This document shows, in pieces, positions 7,438 to 13,158 of a stretch of 29,068 bases of DNA; position 1 is the stretch's first letter, and every line of letters starts with the position of its first letter. The position numbers were made by a program, and so were the translations under genes. Source of the stretch: a virus (taxonomy: Duplodnaviria; Caudoviricetes); the IMG/VR virus record IMGVR_UViG_3300033076_000152, positions 1 through 29,068 of that record; one strand, 5' to 3'. The notes under the pieces are model-generated. The model searched no databases. It was given only the letters and a program-made list of their open reading frames with translations, and was not told where the DNA came from.

Positions 7438-7776
7438 TCAAATAATATTTGAAAGTTTTTTTAGGTCTTCAAGCATATCGGTTTCGTAGTGTAATTCTCG
7501 TACTGTTTTAATGGTCTTTAAAGCGTGGATAATACTTGCGTGGTCACGATTAAATATATTGCCAATAGTTACCAAAGTAAATTCGGTCTTTTGCTTAATA
7601 AAGTAAATAGATATAAATCTTGCTTTTATTAATCGCCTTTCACGACATTTGCCAAGTATTTCATCCGTAGTTAATCCGTAGAATTTAGCTACTTTGCTGA
7701 TTATGCTTTGTGCCGCTTGGGTTTGTTGTTTTATGTCCAATCTTTCCTTCATTGCAGGTTTGGTCCAATAACTCAT
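7438..7776 (-). CDS. Stand-alone DnaA C-terminal (domain IV) HTH protein
   Basis: IISKVAKFYGLTTDEILGKCRERRLIKARFISIY...TLVTIGNIFNRDHASIIHA matches the DnaA domain IV signature (IGxxFxRDHxTVxHA). Confidence 0.88.
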   Translation of the reverse strand: MSYWTKPAMKERLDIKQQTQAAQSIISKVAKFYGLTTDEILGKCRERRLIKARFISIYFIKQKTEFTLVTIGNIFNRDHASIIHALKTIKTVRELHYETDMLEDLKKLSNII

Positions 7777-7882
7777 TTAATTTAGTTTTTAGGTCTTTAA
7801 TTTGTTTTCTAAGTAATTCGTTTTCTAATTCAAGTATTTGATTCATCTTGACCAAATAGCTTTTGTTGTCTATGTAACTCAT
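7685..7882 (-). CDS. Hypothetical coiled-coil protein
   Basis: ILELENELLRKQIKDLKTKLNELL heptads; the C-terminal part overlaps the next gene. Confidence 0.6.
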   Translation of the reverse strand: MSYIDNKSYLVKMNQILELENELLRKQIKDLKTKLNELLDQTCNEGKIGHKTTNPSGTKHNQQSS

Positions 7883-7884
7883 AG

Positions 7885-8187
7885 TTAAAAGTGTAAAAGG
7901 TTTACTGGTAGCATAAAATCTTCGGTAATTTCATACAAGTCCAAGATTAAAAAATGATACGACTTTAAGATACGCTTTTGGATTTCGTTCATACGAGCCA
8001 ACTTAATTAAGTAGTCGTCTTCGTATTTATTCATCAGCTTAATTGGTTCATCCCAAGTAGCTGCTCTCCATTTGTAAAGGTCGTTCTCAATCATTGTTTG
8101 GCGTGATTGTGCCTTTTTAAGCAACTCCAGTAAACATGTGGCACGTTTGTGTAGTTTCAGTTGTTTGCCTTGATGTGGTAAATTCAT
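7885..8187 (-). CDS. Hypothetical protein
   Basis: 100-aa ORF, tightly packed. Confidence 0.7.
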   Translation of the reverse strand: MNLPHQGKQLKLHKRATCLLELLKKAQSRQTMIENDLYKWRAATWDEPIKLMNKYEDDYLIKLARMNEIQKRILKSYHFLILDLYEITEDFMLPVNLLHF

Positions 8188-8192
8188 AGTTT

Positions 8193-8426
8193 TTAGTTTT
8201 TGTTATATGTTTTATTGAAATAATCAATTCCGCCTTCGTATTGAAATTGTTCATCCCTTTTGTTATTCCATACATTCATTTCTCCATCATCAAATGCTTG
8301 TCTTATATCGCATTTTTCAATAGGCAAATATTTTTCTTCTATAACTTTAATTAGTTGCTCTGGTAAAAATGTAAATGTATTGGCATTTTTTATATAATCT
8401 ATAAGTTGCTCTAATGCTGTTTTCAT
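8193..8426 (-). CDS. Hypothetical protein (MKTAxExL...EK..I..AF..G...YFNxTY type)
   Basis: 77-aa ORF; the pattern resembles a recurrent small protein of Bacteroidota phages. Confidence 0.7.
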   Translation of the reverse strand: MKTALEQLIDYIKNANTFTFLPEQLIKVIEEKYLPIEKCDIRQAFDDGEMNVWNNKRDEQFQYEGGIDYFNKTYNKN

Positions 8427-8437
8427 AATTTTAAGTT

Positions 8438-8533
8438 TTATAGGTTTTCTACTAATGCGGTTAAAATTAACGCACCTAATACAATTAAAAATGCGTACAA
8501 AGGTTTGATTGAGTCTTTTTGATACTGATTCAT
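8438..8533 (-). CDS. 31-aa single-TM membrane peptide
   Basis: My translation: MNQYQKDSIKPLYAFLIVLGALILTALVENL*. Fills the gap between 8537 and 8426. Confidence 0.7.
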   Translation of the reverse strand: MNQYQKDSIKPLYAFLIVLGALILTALVENL

Positions 8534-8536
8534 AGT

Positions 8537-8734
8537 TTAGTGTTTTACTTGAATAATAATTGATTTGGTAAATGTAGAAAAAGTAATGCTTTCTACTGTG
8601 AACATAATTGACTTAACTTCTTTCCCAAACATAACGATAACATTATCGCCTACTCTTGGAATTTGTGGTCCGTCAAATACTTGTTGATAGTCTGCTCCGT
8701 TCTCGGAGTAATAGATGGTTGTTTGCCAGTTCAT
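8537..8734 (-). CDS. Hypothetical beta-rich protein
   Basis: 65-aa ORF with IPRVGDNV...FTVESITF motif. Confidence 0.7.
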   Translation of the reverse strand: MNWQTTIYYSENGADYQQVFDGPQIPRVGDNVIVMFGKEVKSIMFTVESITFSTFTKSIIIQVKH

Positions 8735-8757
8735 ATTGATTTGTTTTAAAGGTTAAT

Positions 8758-8783
8758 GTGCGTTGAATAGTCGCACCCCTATT
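8758..8783 (-). ncRNA. Compact H-type pseudoknot in intergenic RNA
   Basis: AATAG-GG-GTGCG-A-CTATT-CAA-CGCAC: stem 1 AATAG/CTATT, stem 2 GTGCG/CGCAC. Confidence 0.6.
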
Positions 8784-8787
8784 TTAT

Positions 8788-8982
8788 TTAAAAGTTTATA
8801 AATAAAGTTCCGTTTGTAGTTGGATAATTTCCGCAACCACTTTGCCAAACTTGCCATACTATACCATTTACATTATAGTATGTATAATCGCCTATTGTAT
8901 TAATATAACAAGTTTTAATATTATTATAAATATAATTTGCAACTTCTTTTACTTCGATTGGGTGTGTGTAGATTGTTTTCAT
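8788..8982 (-). CDS. Hypothetical protein, first gene of the early operon
   Basis: 64-aa ORF directly downstream of the 9015-9045 promoter with an A-rich leader. Confidence 0.7.
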   Translation of the reverse strand: MKTIYTHPIEVKEVANYIYNNIKTCYINTIGDYTYYNVNGIVWQVWQSGCGNYPTTNGTLFINF

Positions 8983-9014
8983 AACTTTTGGTTTTATTGG
9001 TTTGTTTGATAAAT

Positions 9015-9045
9015 CAAAGCTATATCAACATAACTTACTAACAAA
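9015..9045 (-). promoter_or_regulatory. Full Bacteroidota sigma-A-type promoter (early)
   Basis: TTTG (9045-9042), N19, TAGCTTTG (9022-9015), matching the -33/-7 consensus TTTG-N19-21-TAnnTTTG. Confidence 0.8.
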
Positions 9046-9099
9046 ATTTATTTACAATTATTTTTACGCTTTAAGGAAATTTTAACATTTGCACAATAG

Positions 9100-9222
9100 A
9101 AGTTGCACTTTAATACAACTTTTGCTAAATATTTTAGCATTTGATCCGTTTATCGCTCATATTCGGCTCATTTATCGTTCATATTTGAGCCGTATTGATT
9201 GATTTTCTAAATAGATTAGAAA
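9100..9222. repeat. Cluster of palindromes and a 22-bp-periodic direct/inverted repeat
   Basis: AAGTTG/CAACTT (9100-9121); TGCTAAA-TAT-TTTAGCA (9123-9139); TGATCCG-[TTTATCGCTCATATT]-CGGCTCA-[TTTATCGTTCATATT]-TGAGCCG (9142-9192); TTTCTAA/TTAGAAA (9204-9222). Confidence 0.75.
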
Positions 9223-9238
9223 GTCCAGTTTTTTATAT

Positions 9239-9295
9239 AAAAAAAGGAGCGTAGAAACGCCCCTCGCTTGTAAAACCTTAGTCTGTCAATATGAA
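9239..9295 (-). ncRNA. Putative small RNA 2 (about 55 nt) with intrinsic terminator
   Basis: Preceded by TATCTTTG (9307-9300); body TTCATATTGACAGACTAAGGTTTTACAAGCG; terminator AGGGGCGT-TTCT-ACGCTCCT-TTTTTT. Confidence 0.6.
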
Positions 9296-9309
9296 TAGTC
9301 AAAGATAAT

Positions 9310-9363
9310 AAAAAACTCCCAGCTTTTTACACTGGGAGAAACCTAGAACTATGAAAAAACAAC
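9310..9363 (-). ncRNA. Putative small RNA 1 (about 54 nt) with intrinsic terminator
   Basis: Preceded by TATCTTTG (9375-9368); body GTTGTTTTTTCATAGTTCTAGGTTT; terminator CTCCCAG-TGTAAAAAG-CTGGGAG-TTTTTT. Confidence 0.6.
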
Positions 9364-9381
9364 ACTACAAAGATAAGACTT

Positions 9382-9651
9382 CTATTTTGAGCCGTCTTGA
9401 AGCAAATCCTTGTCGTGGTTGTCAACCCTTCTATAACCCTCTTTCCATAGTATTTTGGTTAGGGCAACGCTATTAGCTACTATTTGTTCTTCGCTATCTT
9501 CTTTATACAATACATGCAAAATTTCATGGATATATATCTCAAGCCTTTTTTTACCCTTTAAGCGTGGGTCTATATATATCGTGCCATCACTATCAGCTAT
9601 GCCGTGTGCTTTCTCTCTTCCAAGTTTCTTATGTATTATTTTAATTTTCAT
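9382..9651 (-). CDS. Minimal zincin-like HExxH metallopeptidase (ImmA/IrrE-like fold)
   Basis: AHG...GTIYIDPRL...LEIYIHEILHVL...EEQIV. Confidence 0.75.
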   Translation of the reverse strand: MKIKIIHKKLGREKAHGIADSDGTIYIDPRLKGKKRLEIYIHEILHVLYKEDSEEQIVANSVALTKILWKEGYRRVDNHDKDLLQDGSK

Positions 9652-9841
9652 CTTTTAGACTCAATAAATCCATTCTATCTATTTCTTTAGGAATATATTT
9701 GTGTCCTCCTCTAACTTTAGCCAATGCCTTTTTTATCTCGGTTTCTACTTCGTAAATTTCGTTTAGCTTATTCACTAAAATAGTTTCTTGCTCAAATAAA
9801 GTCATCTTGCTAAAGTTTTTTGGTAGTTTATATGTTGCCAT
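9641..9841 (-). CDS. Hypothetical protein
   Basis: 66-aa ORF overlapping both neighbours by a few codons. Confidence 0.65.
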   Translation of the reverse strand: MATYKLPKNFSKMTLFEQETILVNKLNEIYEVETEIKKALAKVRGGHKYIPKEIDRMDLLSLKDEN

Positions 9842-10019
9842 TTCTTATGATTAATAGTTTTTTCAAATATATGCAGAAATCCAAACTTTCTTCGTAAGCG
9901 TGCTGAAGCCATTGGTCTTGTGTAAGGTCTTGCCTATCCATTGTTGTGCCATAAGTTTCAATCCCTTTTAATTCTCGTTGTTGTATGTCGTTTATTACTT
10001 GTTCGGTTACTTGGCTCAT
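9828..10019 (-). CDS. Small all-alpha NTP-pyrophosphatase/MazG-like protein (putative)
   Basis: RELKGIETYGTTMDR.DL...WLQHAYEESLDFCIYL with EExxD acidic motif. Confidence 0.5.
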   Translation of the reverse strand: MSQVTEQVINDIQQRELKGIETYGTTMDRQDLTQDQWLQHAYEESLDFCIYLKKLLIIRNGNI

Positions 10020-11035
10020 TAGTAAACTTTGTTTTTTATTATGCGTTTGTTGTGTACTCTATAATCTCCGCTTTTTTCTTTCTCCAATACTGCAAACCCT
10101 TGATTATATTGGTCCACGTGTTTTGCGTATTCAACGTTGGGATGCATCAAATGCCCAGTAGTCCAGCAAGTAAATATTTCTCCATCAAATTGGTTTTTAG
10201 TTGTGTATTCGCTTGTTCTGTGAACGTGCGAAGCAATAGCTGACTGCTTAACTCTATCGTACAAAGTCTTAGCTGGACTTACACCGCTGCCACGTCTAAA
10301 AGTAGTATCTCCGTGTATTATTGGCAAATGCCCAAACTTAACGTGGTCAATATTCTTTAATGGCTTAATGTCAAATGCGTTTAGTTGCAAAATGTCCTCT
10401 ATTTCAAACAATTGTAACCCCAGCATTTCTGGAGCTTTAGTCCTCATGTACCTTTCGTATCGGAACTCGTGGTTGGCGTCTAAATTGTAATAGATTGTAA
10501 TATTTTGGAAGCACTTTCTTATATAAGCTAACATTTCAACAATGGCTTCGTGTTCTTCGTCAAACTTTCTTACTCTTGGGTCTTTCTGAAAATCGCTTAA
10601 TTGATAGAAGTCAACTAAATCGCCATTTATAAATAATGTGTCTATTCCTTCTTTTGTTAAGTATTCAAATGTAATATCAATTGCCTTAGGATCGTGGAAT
10701 GGTACTTGCAAATCACTTATAAAACCCATCTTCTTGATTCCAACTGGTAGTGAAAATACTACCTTTTCCTCTACCCACGTGGGCGGTTGAACAAAGTTTG
10801 AAGAGTGTCTTGTAAATTCTTCTTTGTATGTTTTATTTGTAAGTGAGTTTCTTTTTTTATCGCCTACCTTTCCTCTGTAATATCTTACTAAAGTTCTAAT
10901 CGCTTCTACATTATCAAAGTGATTTTTGTTTTCCTTAAATATTAGATGTGCTAAAGTATGCGATGGCATCCATTGTGGATACTTTTCTAAATAGTCAAGA
11001 ATAATCTTGGCTGACATTGTTGTTTTTCTGCCCAT
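10019..11035 (-). CDS. Calcineurin-like metallophosphoesterase with N-terminal extra domain
   Basis: ISDLQVPFHD, INGDLVD, DANHE, IHGD and SHVHR motifs in the canonical order. Confidence 0.88.
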   Translation of the reverse strand: MGRKTTMSAKIILDYLEKYPQWMPSHTLAHLIFKENKNHFDNVEAIRTLVRYYRGKVGDKKRNSLTNKTYKEEFTRHSSNFVQPPTWVEEKVVFSLPVGIKKMGFISDLQVPFHDPKAIDITFEYLTKEGIDTLFINGDLVDFYQLSDFQKDPRVRKFDEEHEAIVEMLAYIRKCFQNITIYYNLDANHEFRYERYMRTKAPEMLGLQLFEIEDILQLNAFDIKPLKNIDHVKFGHLPIIHGDTTFRRGSGVSPAKTLYDRVKQSAIASHVHRTSEYTTKNQFDGEIFTCWTTGHLMHPNVEYAKHVDQYNQGFAVLEKEKSGDYRVHNKRIIKNKVY

Positions 11036-11052
11036 TATTGTTCGGTTTTTGG

Positions 11053-11652
11053 TTAAACGCTATCTCGTACCAAATCTGCTTCAGCTTCTCTTCTAATTAC
11101 TAATCCGTCAAGTCCCTTCCCTTCCCACAATCTTTTGCTTTGCTCAATCTGTTCTGCAATCCCTTCGTAGTCTTTTTTAGCCACTAAATCAACTATTGCC
11201 TTCATTTCTTTGCGACTTTCTCCGTCAATCTTTGCACCTCTATTGTAAACCATAGAAACCAACGCACCACGAGTGTCCTCATTTAATTCATCTAATTGAG
11301 GATAAATCTTCTTTGTTAAAGCGTAGTATTTAGGAATTGACTTCTTAACAAAAACTTCGTACGCAATATTATACGGAATGATAACATTTAACACTTCGCC
11401 ACGCATCATTGTTTTAACCACTTCCCCTTTAATACCGCAGAATCTTTTAAGTGCATTTAAAAAGTTTAGGTTCAAACCTTGCCAATCCGAGAATAATTGT
11501 GTCTCTTTTACATAACCCACATCATAGCCAAGACCTATCGTAAGTCCAGAGTCGCCACCTGCCCAAATTGGTTTTTGATAGCGTTTCTCGTAAACCGCAC
11601 GACCACCAACTTCATGTTGGATAATTAAATCAATGGCTTTCTTGGAAATCAT
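11053..11652 (-). CDS. Endolysin, lysozyme-like (pesticin C-terminal/GH24-like)
   Basis: AIDLIIQHE...GDSGLTIGLGYDVG...GALVSMVYNRG...GLVIRREAEADL. Confidence 0.88.
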   Translation of the reverse strand: MISKKAIDLIIQHEVGGRAVYEKRYQKPIWAGGDSGLTIGLGYDVGYVKETQLFSDWQGLNLNFLNALKRFCGIKGEVVKTMMRGEVLNVIIPYNIAYEVFVKKSIPKYYALTKKIYPQLDELNEDTRGALVSMVYNRGAKIDGESRKEMKAIVDLVAKKDYEGIAEQIEQSKRLWEGKGLDGLVIRREAEADLVRDSV

Positions 11653-11735
11653 AGTAAGTTATATGCAAAGATAGTTATACAAGTAATCCAAAATACAATA
11701 CCAATTGCAAATGCTTGTTTTTCGTTATTTTTCAT
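11649..11735 (-). CDS. 28-aa single-TM peptide in lysis cassette
   Basis: My translation: MKNNEKQAFAIGIVFWITCITIFAYNLL*. ATGA overlap with the endolysin start. Confidence 0.6.
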   Translation of the reverse strand: MKNNEKQAFAIGIVFWITCITIFAYNLL

Positions 11736-11943
11736 TGTTGCTGAATTTATCAATAGTTGTTGATCCCATAGCCGAAATGCAAATAGCCATCACTGCGTTT
11801 ACAATGTTGTCCGAAAGTGCAACACCTTTAAAGGCATTAAGCAATAATGTTACACATAAAAAGAACGCACTCAACAAGGCGATAATTCGCTTTGAAGATA
11901 TACTTCCTCGCTCGTCTGATAAAAGATTGGCTATCCATTTCAT
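11725..11943 (-). CDS. Holin-like two-TM protein
   Basis: Two hydrophobic segments after SSKR; located in the lysis cassette. Confidence 0.65.
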   Translation of the reverse strand: MKWIANLLSDERGSISSKRIIALLSAFFLCVTLLLNAFKGVALSDNIVNAVMAICISAMGSTTIDKFSNNEK

Positions 11944-12480
11944 TTAAAACTTTTTATAAAAACCTAAAGAATATTGATTAGTTGTTGCGTTAAACAAAAT
12001 TAAGCCTTTTTTGGGCATATTATACACTAGGCCAACTCCTAACCCCACTTTGTTGTCAAATCGCCTTAAATCGCCTAAAAACCCCAAATAAATGGCATTC
12101 TTCTCTTTTTGGTATATATAGTTATTCCTTGTAATAGTTTTATAAGCAATTTCTGCTTGGAATCGCCTACTTAGAATTTTGTTCTGGAATATAGAATCTT
12201 GTATGTAAAACTTGCTGGAATCTTGCGTTATTGTGTCAGAATAGACTTTAATTGTATTGTAGTCTTTGATAATTGTAATCGTGTCGGTAAAAGTGTCCGT
12301 TAAAATTCGGTAAATCTCAAAAGGAATCTCTTTGCCTCGCTTAGTCTTTACTATTGTGTCAGTATGGTAAATAGTGTCCGTTTGGGTTACTATTATTGGC
12401 TTCTCGCCTATGTACTTTGACTTGTCAAATATAAAAAAAATCAGAACTGCTATTAGCAATGTAATAACAACTGACTTCAT
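11944..12480 (-). CDS. Membrane-anchored lysis accessory protein (spanin-like candidate)
   Basis: N-terminal TM segment, repeated DTI/DS beta-linker and C-terminal amphipathic beta strands ending in Phe. Confidence 0.55.
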   Translation of the reverse strand: MKSVVITLLIAVLIFFIFDKSKYIGEKPIIVTQTDTIYHTDTIVKTKRGKEIPFEIYRILTDTFTDTITIIKDYNTIKVYSDTITQDSSKFYIQDSIFQNKILSRRFQAEIAYKTITRNNYIYQKEKNAIYLGFLGDLRRFDNKVGLGVGLVYNMPKKGLILFNATTNQYSLGFYKKF

Positions 12481-12644
12481 TATTTTTTCTTTTTTAGCTG
12501 CTTATGTAAAGCCACCAAACCAGAAGCAATACCAACCAATCCTGCCGTAATCTGAACTAAAGGAACAAAATTGCCTAAGCTAATTAACGCTCCGCTTACA
12601 CTTAAAAATACGCTCAAAATCGGTTGGTTGCTATCGTGGTGCAT
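12480..12644 (-). CDS. 54-aa two-TM holin-like protein
   Basis: My translation: MHHDSNQPILSVFLSVSGALISLGNFVPLVQITAGLVGIASGLVALHKQLKKKK*. TAATG overlap with the next gene; basic C-tail. Confidence 0.7.
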   Translation of the reverse strand: MHHDSNQPILSVFLSVSGALISLGNFVPLVQITAGLVGIASGLVALHKQLKKKK

Positions 12645-12645
12645 T

Positions 12646-12789
12646 TTAATCTTCTTTTACTTCTTTAGTTTGTTCTGCTTGTAATTGACCAAAGAATTGA
12701 ATCAATGGTAATCCGTAAGCGGTCGGAATCGTATTGATGAACTTTACTAATTCCTCTAATTGCTCTTTTGTGATTTTTACTTCGTTCAT
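12646..12789 (-). CDS. 47-aa hypothetical protein
   Basis: My translation: MNEVKITKEQLEELVKFINTIPTAYGLPLIQFFGQLQAEQTKEVKED*. Follows a TAnnTTTG element. Confidence 0.7.
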   Translation of the reverse strand: MNEVKITKEQLEELVKFINTIPTAYGLPLIQFFGQLQAEQTKEVKED

Positions 12790-12803
12790 GGTATTATTTT
12801 TTA

Positions 12804-12811
12804 CAAATATA
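12804..12811 (-). promoter_or_regulatory. Bacteroidota -7 promoter element (TATATTTG) for the lysis operon
   Basis: Intergenic TAnnTTTG 14 nt upstream of ATG 12789. Confidence 0.65.
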
Positions 12812-12818
12812 TAATTAA

Positions 12819-13157
12819 TTATGGATTTGTGAAAGGTAGCGGCAACGTGATAACTGGCGGATTGATTAAATTCTCAATTGCTAAATCCAATCCTAAGTCA
12901 ATTTCGGTTACTGGTAAACCAGCGTCAAGCCAACCACAAACCATATCATAAGTAACTTCATCATAAGGTACAAAATCCGCTGGGTCTGGTGCAGGAACGT
13001 TTAATGCTCCATAAACATCAGTATAGTATTCTTTGCCGTCTACTATTGTAGTTGCAGTTCTTCTCCAATCTACAATACAAATTACATCTGTTAAATCATC
13101 TGCCGTTTTTGGATAAGATTGCATTGAACTAATTATCCATTGTTTTGTTATAACCAT
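12819..13157 (-). CDS. Tail-fibre-associated protein
   Basis: Follows the fibre gene; DVICIVDWR...DFVPYDEVTYDMVCGWL...NPPVITLPLPF is a pattern I associate with genes after S74 fibres. Confidence 0.6.
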   Translation of the reverse strand: MVITKQWIISSMQSYPKTADDLTDVICIVDWRRTATTIVDGKEYYTDVYGALNVPAPDPADFVPYDEVTYDMVCGWLDAGLPVTEIDLGLDLAIENLINPPVITLPLPFTNP

Positions 13158-13158
13158 T

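Noticed and set aside
9142-9192. Possible mini-CRISPR array
   Set aside because: Only two 15-bp repeats with a 7-bp spacer; no cas genes.
9351-9476. Plus-strand 41-aa ORF (MKKQHYKD...) with good-looking start context
   Set aside because: Mostly antisense to the HExxH gene and no plus-strand TAnnTTTG promoter seen. The start-like context is explained by the anti-AUG segment of sRNA1, though translation is not excluded.
11666-11673. TATCTTTG upstream of the endolysin
   Set aside because: Lies within the 28-aa ORF; may be a real internal promoter but cannot be separated from chance.
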